DNA of 64,000 nucleotides from Rhodospirillales bacterium. GTDB taxonomy: Bacteria; Pseudomonadota; Alphaproteobacteria; Rhodospirillales; Casp-alpha2. Below the pieces are notes generated by a model, which saw nothing but the letters and a program-made list of their open reading frames with translations, had not been told where the DNA came from and ran no database searches. How positions within the stretch are numbered: position 1 is the stretch's first letter; every line of letters starts with the position of its first letter. Shown piece by piece: positions 32,657-42,800 of this stretch. The position numbers and the translations under genes were made by a program. The DNA lies in assembly GCA_051117645.1 (NCBI GenBank), contig JBNPEI010000001.1, forward strand, positions 14,717 to 78,716. The letters run 5' to 3'.

Positions 32657-33451
32657 TCACACGGTGGGTGGATTCGTACTGACATTTGTGGGGTCCAATC
32701 GCGTAGGGAGCGTGACCTGCCAACCATCGCGGATGATTGCCAGAGCTATCGCGATCGTCGGCCCGAAAACTTCGGGGTTCGGGGGGTTGTCGGTCGCCAA
32801 TCCGACCAGCCTGGGGTGAGGTGTGCCTTCTGTTGTTTCTTTGTCCATAGGCACGCCGAACATCGCGCCGCCACTCATTCCATGTGGATCAGGGGCCGTG
32901 ACCCGCGCGCGGGTTTCGGAGTCGATATTTCGCTTTCTATTGAAAGAGACCCGGACGCGCGCGGTGGTGGTCTCGATGACATTGCAACCGTTAGCGTGCA
33001 ATAGCCCCTTGATTTTCTTCTGATTGTAAACCTTGCGGTTCTTGGTCTCCGGGAAACCGAGGAACTCGACGTACTTGGATGATGCCGTTTGTGACTGGTC
33101 GGCAATCTCGCTCTCCGCAAGTGGAGCATACTTCTGGAAAGCCGCGACTTGTTCCGGCGTGAGCTTCAGGACGGCGACATCGTGCTCTTTGGAACACTGA
33201 AAATCCCCTTCGAGAACTTCCATTTTTGTCGGCCCGTCGAAGTAAAGCGTCGAGGTCTTATTCTCGTCTATGACGTGTTTGGCGGTACAAAGGAATATGT
33301 CGTCGGAAAGGGAAATAAGAACCGCACTTCCGAGGAGCACCGCCTCGCCCTTATCGTTCACGTCGAATAGGGGCGTGACACAATCCTTGAGCCGATCCAC
33401 GGCCTCTCTCATCTCGGAAACAAGAATTTCACCGGCGCTTTTGATCGTCAT
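32657..33451 (-). CDS. trypsin-like (S1/Trypsin_2-type) serine protease
   Basis: 264-aa ORF with a candidate catalytic triad in the canonical order: His in CTAKHV, Asp in HDVAVLKL, Ser in GMSGGAMF. No signal peptide is visible. It lies 61 nt downstream of the pAgo gene. Confidence 0.7.
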   Translation of the reverse strand: MTIKSAGEILVSEMREAVDRLKDCVTPLFDVNDKGEAVLLGSAVLISLSDDIFLCTAKHVIDENKTSTLYFDGPTKMEVLEGDFQCSKEHDVAVLKLTPEQVAAFQKYAPLAESEIADQSQTASSKYVEFLGFPETKNRKVYNQKKIKGLLHANGCNVIETTTARVRVSFNRKRNIDSETRARVTAPDPHGMSGGAMFGVPMDKETTEGTPHPRLVGLATDNPPNPEVFGPTIAIALAIIRDGWQVTLPTRLDPTNVSTNPPTV

Positions 33452-33512
33452 TTATGGCACCTAATGCTTTGAGCATTAATCATTCGTTTCCGACCGTCAT
33501 CTCGTATTTGGC

Positions 33513-34925
33513 CTACATGAAACTGCGAAAATCGAAGACTTTGTCGACGATATTTGGATTTTGCTGAAGGATATCGGCGAACGTTTTCGAGTAAACCAGT
33601 GTCACCGGCAGCTTCTTGTAGAGCGTATTGTTGTTCCAATCCATTTTGGTCAATCCGACAATACCGGAGCAGGTGTCATGCCAACCCCCTACGCCCGTAA
33701 ATCGCCGGATCAAAAGTGGAGACGGAGTGGGCTTTAAAGCGCCTTCTTTATAGACGTTGTATCTCGGGTTATTCACATGAACGCCCTGAACACTCCCTTG
33801 CGTCCACAACAACGCCTCGTTGGTATCGAGTGGCAAATAAGTTCCGCGCTCCACCGGATAGTTGAACGGCTGCGGTGGCGACTTGGTATCGAACCGAATC
33901 GCCTTCCAGTTCACATCTTTGACTATCTGTACAAGCTCGACCTCGGTATCGGCACGAAAACTATCGACAGCCCCAAGAATTTCCTCCTCTCTGAAGGGTG
34001 TATTTTTATGGACCGTAATCTTCTTGGGAACACGCCCGAAATGGGCGCGCTGATAAATCTCCAAACTCCGTGAGAGAACGGATTGCATCTCGTAATACGA
34101 AAGATACGGATTCTTTCGATTATCCTGGGTAAACTCCTTAGCGTCGTAAGCCACGAACTGGAATCCGGTTCCGTCAGGATCGAAAACCTGACTACAACAG
34201 GTGCTGTATAGCGTGCCTTCCTCACCTGCTTTCATGGCATAGCTGATACCGATAAAGGCCTCGTCCTTTCCGAGACCGGTCAGTTTCCACGGGACGCCTC
34301 CCGCCTTGGCGTACAGGGCGACACTCAGCCCCCACATCACATTTGCTCGGCAATTTCGTTCGAAACTCTGTTGACGAACGATCTGGATCGGGATGCCCAC
34401 GGGAGCGCAATAAGCCTTCAAATAGTCATGGAAATCGAAGTTATCTCCTTCGAAGCAAGAGGCCCAACTACGAGGTAGATGGATGAGCGCGACATCGAAA
34501 CTACTACGTTGCTGGTTGAGCTGCGTGATGCACTGAAATAGCGCTTCTGCCAATTTCTCCTTCGCGCCTGTTTCGGCATGTCGGTCTAGTTCGTCCGGAA
34601 ACGAACGAACCAGTCCTTCGTCCAATTGGGCAATCGGAATCCTGAACAGCTGTTCGAAACCGGGATATTCTGGATAGTAGTTTTTCGCTTCCTTTGGTTG
34701 CGCGGTCCGCTCCAACTCGGAGACTAGTGCTTTGAGTTTGGGTATATCGCGGGAAGGAGCGAGCACCGCCAATCGCATGTAGTTCGGCGATCCGAACCGT
34801 CGACCATACGGCCCGTTCTGGATCAACCCGATAAGGGGATGCTTATGCCTACAGTCACCGTCGAACAGAAGCTCTGGTTCGGGAAGTAGCGAGTATCCGC
34901 ATAATTCGCTGCTCGGTACGCTCAT
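33513..34925 (-). CDS. short prokaryotic Argonaute (MID-PIWI only)
   Basis: 470-aa ORF with PIWI-like sequence character (GGVPWKL...FIGISY...ITVHKN) and no N/PAZ region. It overlaps the upstream SIR2-APAZ gene by 4 nt, which is the typical SPARSA arrangement. Confidence 0.85.
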   Translation of the reverse strand: MSVPSSELCGYSLLPEPELLFDGDCRHKHPLIGLIQNGPYGRRFGSPNYMRLAVLAPSRDIPKLKALVSELERTAQPKEAKNYYPEYPGFEQLFRIPIAQLDEGLVRSFPDELDRHAETGAKEKLAEALFQCITQLNQQRSSFDVALIHLPRSWASCFEGDNFDFHDYLKAYCAPVGIPIQIVRQQSFERNCRANVMWGLSVALYAKAGGVPWKLTGLGKDEAFIGISYAMKAGEEGTLYSTCCSQVFDPDGTGFQFVAYDAKEFTQDNRKNPYLSYYEMQSVLSRSLEIYQRAHFGRVPKKITVHKNTPFREEEILGAVDSFRADTEVELVQIVKDVNWKAIRFDTKSPPQPFNYPVERGTYLPLDTNEALLWTQGSVQGVHVNNPRYNVYKEGALKPTPSPLLIRRFTGVGGWHDTCSGIVGLTKMDWNNNTLYKKLPVTLVYSKTFADILQQNPNIVDKVFDFRSFM

Positions 34926-36688
34926 GACACCAACCTCCTCGCAAAGGCGGTACGTGATCCGACACGGAAAGTCGGATTTTCGGCATCATCGCCCTCGTCA
35001 AAGGGTTTGAGTGAGACTTCCGTATTGCGTTCGTCGGTTCCAAGAGCGATCCTTACCCAGGCATCTATTATGGCGTTGTACTTCGCGTTCAGCCGGTCTC
35101 CTCGTCGTTCGTCCAGAAAATCGGTCGCAATGCGTTTGGCATGTATCGGCCATATCCAGATATCGGGATCGAGTTGGAGCCAAATGTTGTCGCCCCTTAC
35201 ATCTATCGAAACCCTTAGAGCCTCCGCCCAGCCGATCTGGCGACTCTCCGGAAATTTTTCAGAGACTTCCGTGAATAGGCCACGAATGTCACCGTGAAGC
35301 CTTCCGACAACGTCGAACAAGGGTTGGTAGCACCCCTGATCCTGGGCATGAGCGTCTGCAATCAAGAACGATCCTGAACGGTTTGTCCTGCATAAAAGAG
35401 GCTTGTCCCTCGCCAATGCTTTAGCGAGAGCTTCTTCGACAAACCCTTTTAGGTACAGGTTTCCGGGAGCGGACAGGTCGTCGGGCAATTCAGTCGAATC
35501 AATACGCTCGGGTTTCCGGTCGAAAGCGTCATCGATCGATGCGCGTTGCCCCCAACACAATACACTGTCGGATTTGGCTAGAACTAATTCGCCTTCGGAG
35601 GCAACACGGGCTCGACGGATTTCACTCCATTCGCACGAAGGAGAAAACGAGAGCGAAAGACATCGCTCCGGCATGTCGATTATGGGTAGTGCGTTCAGTC
35701 GAACGATCGGATTGGCCCGACCGACCGAAGGTAGTGGAATTGACGCCGAGGTGATTTCGAGCTTCCTGACCTTAGAGTCCAACTCCGGAGACTTGCTCTC
35801 TAAGTTTCGCCAAAATCTGAGAAGCAAAGAGTCGAATGTCTCGATCTGAACGTGTTCGGCTGTTACGCCTTTCTCTCGGGCTTTTTCGAGTAGATCGGTG
35901 ACTTCCGGGTGTAGATCGGCCCCCTTGATCTCCGTCCAGAAGAGACCGTGCGGAAACGGATTGGTCGTTTCGAGGACCTCGTAAAATAGTTTCATCACGC
36001 TTGCGTCGCGACCGCTATAACCCGCGACGACAAAGCCCAAGCGGGTACCAGCATTTACGAGGCAAGCCGAAAGATCCCGATTCTGCGTCGACAAATCGGC
36101 TCGAAGGTTTTTAATGCTGTCGTACCTGAAGTCGCCGTGCAGCTTGCAGTAAAGAGGAAACTCTTCGTTATCGAGGGCCGCGCTGGCGTTGTGTGCTCCT
36201 TCGAGATGGTAGGCGCTCAAAGACTGACCGGAAACTTCTGCGATCGCCTTCTCGACGACGCTATCGAAGTTTGTCGTAAACACGATCCGGCTGTCTTTTG
36301 ACGCCAGTAACGCGCCCAAGACGCGGTGACCGATTGCTAGAGACAAGTTTTCCTCAGAGAGCTTTGCCTTGATGTAGCGACGTTGCTTCTCCTTGTCGTC
36401 GCCAAAAATCTTTTCGAAATAGGCTGGGTATTCGTCATCCTCATAGGGTGCAGGAAATCCTCTGGACTGCATAAAGGCCTGAATACGTTCTCTGACTGCG
36501 CTGTTCTGAATATCTTGCCTGGATATGTCCTGGGTTTCTTCTCGGCAATAATATTGCCGTTTGAGATCCCAAAGCATGTCGTTTGCGGTCGGCAAATCGG
36601 CAGAACGGGACGCACCTGCACCGAGGAACCAAGCAAAATTCTGAGGCCGCGCGCAAAACAGTCCTGTGAGTTCGGCCTGATCCATCAA
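34922..36688 (-). CDS. SIR2-APAZ protein (NADase effector partner of short pAgo)
   Basis: 588-aa ORF. The N-terminus has SIR2 motifs ([30 protein letters not shown]). The ~300-aa C-terminal region is consistent with APAZ. Confidence 0.85.
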   Translation of the reverse strand: MMDQAELTGLFCARPQNFAWFLGAGASRSADLPTANDMLWDLKRQYYCREETQDISRQDIQNSAVRERIQAFMQSRGFPAPYEDDEYPAYFEKIFGDDKEKQRRYIKAKLSEENLSLAIGHRVLGALLASKDSRIVFTTNFDSVVEKAIAEVSGQSLSAYHLEGAHNASAALDNEEFPLYCKLHGDFRYDSIKNLRADLSTQNRDLSACLVNAGTRLGFVVAGYSGRDASVMKLFYEVLETTNPFPHGLFWTEIKGADLHPEVTDLLEKAREKGVTAEHVQIETFDSLLLRFWRNLESKSPELDSKVRKLEITSASIPLPSVGRANPIVRLNALPIIDMPERCLSLSFSPSCEWSEIRRARVASEGELVLAKSDSVLCWGQRASIDDAFDRKPERIDSTELPDDLSAPGNLYLKGFVEEALAKALARDKPLLCRTNRSGSFLIADAHAQDQGCYQPLFDVVGRLHGDIRGLFTEVSEKFPESRQIGWAEALRVSIDVRGDNIWLQLDPDIWIWPIHAKRIATDFLDERRGDRLNAKYNAIIDAWVRIALGTDERNTEVSLKPFDEGDDAENPTFRVGSRTAFARRLVS

Positions 36689-37248
36689 CTCTCTCTTACT
36701 GACCTACTATACCTGTGTGTCGATACTTTTCTGCTTTCGACGCAATTACCATGGGACGATCGACCCGACGATTTCCCTTTCTCGCCGTTAGCGTCGCTTC
36801 TCGCCCCGGAAATGGTCCCGCATGAAGCTCCGGATTGCAGCCAGGCTACTGTGCGTTGAACCAGTACATCGAGCGGTAGACCGGTTTTTCCTTTCAGCGC
36901 ACATTCCCAAACCGTAAGAACTCTCCAATCCTGCTCCCGAAGCCGTTTGATATTCCGGGCGTCTCGCTTCTTGTTGGCTGCAAATTTCTCGGCCCAGAAT
37001 TCCTCTCGCGTCTTCGGCTTGGTTGCCCGATAACAATCGTGGGCGTGCCAATAACAACCGTGAACGAATATGACTGCGCTGTAGCGAGGAAAAACGAGGT
37101 CCGGACTACCGGGCAGTTTTCTATCGTGCAGTCGATATCTCAACCCGACCTTATGCAGGGCAGAACGCAAGGTCATTTCAGCGTCGGTGTTCTTCTGCCC
37201 GACACTGGCCATGATTTTTGATCGCGTTTCCCTGTCTACTGTATCCAT
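36685..37248 (-). CDS. vsr: very-short-patch-repair (T:G mismatch) endonuclease
   Basis: 187-aa ORF that aligns by eye with E. coli Vsr over ~150 aa (TRSKIMASV, LPGSPDLVFPRYSAVIFVHGCYWH, FW..K...N..RD, WRVLTVWEC). It has an extra ~35-aa C-terminal tail. Confidence 0.9.
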   Translation of the reverse strand: MDTVDRETRSKIMASVGQKNTDAEMTLRSALHKVGLRYRLHDRKLPGSPDLVFPRYSAVIFVHGCYWHAHDCYRATKPKTREEFWAEKFAANKKRDARNIKRLREQDWRVLTVWECALKGKTGLPLDVLVQRTVAWLQSGASCGTISGARSDANGEKGKSSGRSSHGNCVESRKVSTHRYSRSVRES

Positions 37249-38010
37249 TCAAACTCGTTCGATTATCTTCGTCGTTATCAGTGCCTCCAAATGGCGGTGA
37301 AGTTTTACCGGGATAGAACCTCCTTGGATCAAAACCCCGGCCTCCATATTCATCTCCATAGCGTAACCGGTCAGGTTTGCACTGGAGAGAAAGCACATTC
37401 GCTCGTCGGCAACAGCGACCTTCGCATGTACTTTGCCTCCGACAAATCCGTCGGCTTTGTCGCCCCAGAAATAGATCCGGGCTGACGGAAGGACTTTCTT
37501 CATATGTCCGATCCCGTCGATGGATACCCCGCCCCCGTGCGCGTCACTCGACTCCAGCAGCATTGATATTTCCACACCACGCTCAGAAGCCGCTGCCAAG
37601 GCATTCATGATCGCCGCGACGTCGTAAGCGACGAAACTCGTCAAAAAGAACCGTTCACGTGCGACATCGATGACCTGCAACAAAGCCTGTTCCGTTTTTC
37701 GCATGGCGACGAGTTCGCTTGAAGGCCCGGTCCAAACGAGTTCGATATCCGACTCGGCTTTGGCGTGCTTGTAGGCGTAGGCAGCGCCGGTCAGCATCGC
37801 CGCCAATTCGTCTGATGGCAGAGGACAATTTCTCCAGCTTTCGACGAGTTTGCGTAGCCGGTCCCGTGCGACCGGCGCGATAGCCCAGGAACTCAACGAT
37901 GCGGAAGACGCGGGATTGTCGACCTTGCGTAATTGATTGGCCAGTTGCTCGATTTTCTCGGGCGGGGTGTTAGCTGTAATTTCGGTGATCGAGGCGAGCA
38001 GCTTGTCCAT
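37249..38010 (-). CDS. drmC: DISARM phospholipase-D-domain protein
   Basis: 253-aa ORF with a single HKD motif (HAKVAVADERMCFLSSAN), located directly downstream of drmB. Confidence 0.8.
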   Translation of the reverse strand: MDKLLASITEITANTPPEKIEQLANQLRKVDNPASSASLSSWAIAPVARDRLRKLVESWRNCPLPSDELAAMLTGAAYAYKHAKAESDIELVWTGPSSELVAMRKTEQALLQVIDVARERFFLTSFVAYDVAAIMNALAAASERGVEISMLLESSDAHGGGVSIDGIGHMKKVLPSARIYFWGDKADGFVGGKVHAKVAVADERMCFLSSANLTGYAMEMNMEAGVLIQGGSIPVKLHRHLEALITTKIIERV

Positions 38011-38019
38011 GCGTCCTCC

Positions 38020-39870
38020 TCACGAAAAAAAGGCCGCATCGGCGACTTCCAGAGTTGATATTGCCAACGCCCGATCGATATAACGATTACCGCGTTCGCA
38101 AGATGTCTCGGAAACGAACGAACAGGCATGGCATGCCGCAGCATGCAGGGACCTGTCTTTATCCGGATCGTGCTCGGCGCAGAGAGGATCGGACGAGCAA
38201 ATACCGGCACGCGACAAAGCCTGTTTTAAGAGCCGCCCGAGATTTTCGGGCTTCCCGAGATCGACCAGCCCTCCGAGCGTGCCGTCAGAATCGGCGGCGG
38301 CCGTGTAGATAAGAATTCCCGCTTGCGGGCGCTCCCCGTTTATATCGGCATAAATGCGTTCCCGAATACTGGCGGCGTTGTATCCACATTCCAGTGCCAA
38401 TTCTCTGATCAACAAATGCGCAATCGTATGAAGGAGCACGTACCGGGAACCGGGATATCCTTCATCCGGATCTAGCTTTCGCGAATTACGCCACCCTTTG
38501 TGACCTGCGATTAGTTGGCCGTCTCTCGCTTTGACGCTATCCCGTTTTTCCCATTCGTTCAGTGCCTCCTCGCTGAAACGAATGAATATTCCCTCACCAT
38601 GCACCTGACCGGCGGGAACCCATTCCGGCGGGCTCGCGGAAAGCCCTGCCATCGGTGGGCGCTCGTCGGGATCTGCGGTCTCTTCCGGGGCTTCGACGCG
38701 GGTAAAGCCCAACAGAGCATTTACTTCTCTCAATCTTTCGAGAAGCGAAACACCCGATATTCGATCCTCGAGACCTTTCGGAACGTCGACAGACTTACTC
38801 AGAAAATGCGGCCAGTCCGTCGGAGGATGCGGGTCGGTCAACACGTCCCACTCCGGACCTTTGATATCCGACTCTGTAACTTCTGAGCTGGTTTCGCCGC
38901 TGCGTATCGACTGGATCGCGTTCCATACCGCCGAGGCGGAATGTTTGTCGATCCCAGGCAATGCACCGGACTTCTTCAGGGTTTTGATAACGAGCGCAAC
39001 CTCTGCTTCGGATTCCACATCCTCAAAGTAATCCCAACCGTCCCGGACGAGCTGAGCCACCGGATCACGGGAGAGCGGGATCGCCAGTGCGGACAACGTT
39101 ATCGGGAACCAACTGTTCGTCGCCCCCAACAAAACCGCGCGTGCTTGTTCGTCACATTCTGTCTCGTACCGATCAAGGTGCGGATGGCGTCCCCTACAGC
39201 GGGGAAGATTTTCTTTGCCGGATTTGCCGAACGCATGAGCCATGTTGCGCGAGGCGCCACATTCGTCGCATTTCACCCAGAGGTTTTCGGTCTGCAGCGA
39301 AGCGCCACTCTCGAAAAATCGTAGCGTCCCTTTGCAGCCTGAAGGACCGCTATGAACGAAGTAATCCCATGGGAAATCATCGAGATGTCCATTCCGGCAG
39401 GCCAGCAGGAAACGTGCGGGAACAGCATCCGCGTCCTTGGCTGGTAGGTTGCCTTTCGAACCCTTACATCCTTTGTGAACGAAGCGGGTGTTTTCGGGCC
39501 GGTAGCGATCTTCCTTGATCTCGAAAAGCCCGAGATCGCATTCCGACAACAGACCGCATTTGACGCAGCGCAGCCATCGAGGGAATGGCCTCACCGGAAC
39601 GCCGATCAAGGCTTCTGCCGAATAAGCCTCGATATCCTCGCTTTGCTGGAAAGGCGGTACACGCAGACTTTCGACCTGCGGACCGAGAACTTTGCGAACC
39701 GCCGCCAATAAACGGGCCTCTTCGATCGGCAGGCAACGATCTTTCTCCCAACGATCGTTGCCCATCGTAATAACCGAAAGGCTAGGCAAATCGATCAAGG
39801 CACCGGGACCGTAGGTCCACAGTATCTGGCTCGGCCTCACATCTCCGACAGGGGATTTATCACTGGTCAT
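38020..39870 (-). CDS. drmB: DISARM DUF1998-domain protein
   Basis: 616-aa ORF with DUF1998 hallmarks (LLHTIAHLLIRE, DSDGTLGGLV, C-terminal Cys cluster CSSDPLC...AACHACSFVSETSCERGN). Confidence 0.85.
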   Translation of the reverse strand: MTSDKSPVGDVRPSQILWTYGPGALIDLPSLSVITMGNDRWEKDRCLPIEEARLLAAVRKVLGPQVESLRVPPFQQSEDIEAYSAEALIGVPVRPFPRWLRCVKCGLLSECDLGLFEIKEDRYRPENTRFVHKGCKGSKGNLPAKDADAVPARFLLACRNGHLDDFPWDYFVHSGPSGCKGTLRFFESGASLQTENLWVKCDECGASRNMAHAFGKSGKENLPRCRGRHPHLDRYETECDEQARAVLLGATNSWFPITLSALAIPLSRDPVAQLVRDGWDYFEDVESEAEVALVIKTLKKSGALPGIDKHSASAVWNAIQSIRSGETSSEVTESDIKGPEWDVLTDPHPPTDWPHFLSKSVDVPKGLEDRISGVSLLERLREVNALLGFTRVEAPEETADPDERPPMAGLSASPPEWVPAGQVHGEGIFIRFSEEALNEWEKRDSVKARDGQLIAGHKGWRNSRKLDPDEGYPGSRYVLLHTIAHLLIRELALECGYNAASIRERIYADINGERPQAGILIYTAAADSDGTLGGLVDLGKPENLGRLLKQALSRAGICSSDPLCAEHDPDKDRSLHAAACHACSFVSETSCERGNRYIDRALAISTLEVADAAFFS

Positions 39871-42800
39871 GTGTCCCCCTCTCCGCTGTCACTGCTTGTC
39901 GGCCGGGGTGTCCATGCCGGACCTTCCGATCCGATCCTTGCGGCATTCATGATAAGCCGGACGCCCGGTTCGACCTCCCGCATCGACATCGGGACGGTAA
40001 AATTGTCCCAAGCCTGTATGCCGGGCCGTTTCAGAAGAGCGACCATCGTATCTTTGCCCTTGCCCTTCTTTTCGTAAGCGAGTGTGCGCCCCCCTTTGGA
40101 TGCCTCTTTCGCCCATTCGTCGACACGCTCTTTGAGCTCGTCCGTGGCGAGGGTTTTGATTCCGGATTGTTGGGTGATTCCCCAGGCCCTCGCCGAAAGC
40201 AAATCGACAGCATCGACGACTTCTTTCTTTCCGGTACTGTCTAGCGCACCTGCTCCGAGGTTCGGGTTGAACGGATCGTTTTCCAAACGGAGGACGCTGA
40301 GCATGGTGCCCGTCAATCCACGGTCCATTGCACGGGGGGAAAACGGAGTGACGCTTTGCGCTTCGACATGTTTGTAAAAAGTCGCGTGATAATGCTCGAA
40401 CGTTTCGTAGTGCGATAAATCTCTCGGCCTCGCCCATGTCAGAACGGTGCAAACCAGACCGGGAAACGAACGACCGACGCGGCTGGTCGCCTGAATGTAC
40501 TCAGCCGTTCCCTTCGGTTGCCCGTTGACCACCATCAGCCCGAGCCGGTTCACATCGACACCGACCGAAAGCATGTTGGTGGCGAGCACGACATCGACTG
40601 AGCGGGCGTCGCCCTCATCCCACTTCGTAACGTATTTGCCAGCTTCGACGTCAAACTCCGCTTTGAATTTGACTTCGAGCTGATCGAGATATTTCGGGAT
40701 ATCGCGATTGGACACGCGCGACGTCAATTCACGCACGTTGTTCACGCTGCGCTGGGCAAGCCCCGGACGGTCGACCAGACTCATCTGGACACGATAACAA
40801 CGCGTTTGTACATCGTCCTCTGCAAGCCGCTTCATCCCGCCAAGTTCGCGCAACGAATTGAAGTAGCCGACAGTCGTCAGATACGGATCGGCAGCTTGGC
40901 CGAAGCGATCGAATAGAGCCTGAGCGGCAGTCAGAAATGCGGTGTATACGCGAATCAACATGGCCGGACGCGAACTGCCGGGAGAGCAAACGCCCATATA
41001 ACGCCGTCCCGGAATTGCCTCTATCGGCCTCTGGACCGAGAAGAAGTTGTCGCTGACATCAAGACCGCTCGGCGGAAAGACCGATACCCGACGCATGAAG
41101 ACGTTGTTGACCTGCTCCTTGGCTTTCCTCACGGTCGCGGTCGACGCGATGATTTTCGGCTTGATCGCGGCCCCTTCAATCGCCCATGTGGAGAGTTCGT
41201 CGACGGCAGTCTCGTATAGCCCGACCATCGTTCCGAGCGGCCCGCTGATAAGATGGAACTCGTCCTGAATGATCAGATCTGGCGGACGTATCGGCTTTAT
41301 TTTTTGGGCATTTGTCGACGGCAACCCGCCACGCGCAGGATGCTTTCCTGAACAACTCGCCTCAGGCCATAGGAGGCCGTGACGCGGACATTCGGAGGTC
41401 GCACGACCGAATAGAGTGCGGGTTTCACCCCGCCACGCCATCATTGCGAACTTGTCGACAGTGGCGATCATCATCGATGGCGGGCGGTGATAGATTTCTT
41501 CGTCGACGACTACGACCGGCAATCCGGGATGGGCATGCTTGCTTGACCGGCCCTTCGAGAATTCGCAGCGCCCCTTTTTGTCACCGCAATAGATTTTCGT
41601 ACGTAGCGAATCCTTATCGACTTCTATGTCTCGCTTGTCGGAGACCTCGGAGCCGCACCAAGGACAACTCGTAAGCTGTGCGGGTGACGTCCCACCGGCA
41701 TCGAACTTGTCGGGATCACGTATTCTCTGAATCGCACTATGGCTGTCAGCAGTCGTGCTGGGTGTCACCTTGTTGCCGACCCAAAGGCCGATCGTGAAAG
41801 GGGTAGTCCCGAGGCGGTCGTCATCGTTCGCAGCGGCTTCCTGACGTTCCAGCTCCATCGCACAGATTAATGTAGTCGCCCGCTGGAATTGCTGAAGTGT
41901 GAGAAGGCGAAGCGTATAGCGCATGATGACGGTCAAACCACGCCGTCCGTCATACCCACCGAGGTCGCCCTGCATGCGGCGGATAGCCATCGCGAATGCC
42001 GCAACGCCTAAATAGGCTTCGGTCTTACCACCGCCTGTCGGAAACCAGAGTAAGTCGGCGAAAGCTTCGACCGGTTTGGTCCGGTCCACGTGATGCGGGT
42101 CTGCAAGAGACGGAAGCGACAACAAGACGAAGGCGAGCTGGAAGGGACGCCACGACCTGTTCTTGCGGATATCCAGATCGGCAATATCGACCTTCTCACC
42201 GCGACGGCGGGAAAGCGCATAAATGCTATGAATGCGCTGCTTGGCCATGACCTGGTTCGCGAACCGGAATGCGTCCAAAGCAAGATCGTTACCGGTATCC
42301 GCGAGAAGATTTACCCCCTCGACAAGACGCTCGTGGATAAGACGGCATTTGGCCACCGCCTCTTTGGCCTCGTCGTCGAAACCGGAGACATCCGATCCAA
42401 TGCGCGCTGCCTGATCTCCGATCCACGCTGCATAATCATCGGCAAGCACCGTCAGGGCGGCCACGAGCTTGTCGCGGTCCATAGCGGCAAGGTCGCTCAT
42501 ATCGAGAAAGCCCTCATCGACCATGCGCCGCATTGCGGGACGGTCCTCGGGGTTCAATCCGGGGGTTTCCGTTACCGGGACCTCGTATTGCGGCATAATG
42601 ACAGTGCGGATTTCCGATGCCGTTTCGGTTTCACCGGCCTCGGTTTTCGCATGAACGGCTACACCGTGCCCGGTCGCGAATTCGACCTGACGGCGATAAA
42701 TCATTTCGAGCATGTCACGCTCCGGATCGTCTGCATGAAGGCTCATGGCGAGCCGACGCCGGAAGACGGACTTATCCGCTGCTCCCTCCACAGCCCGAAC

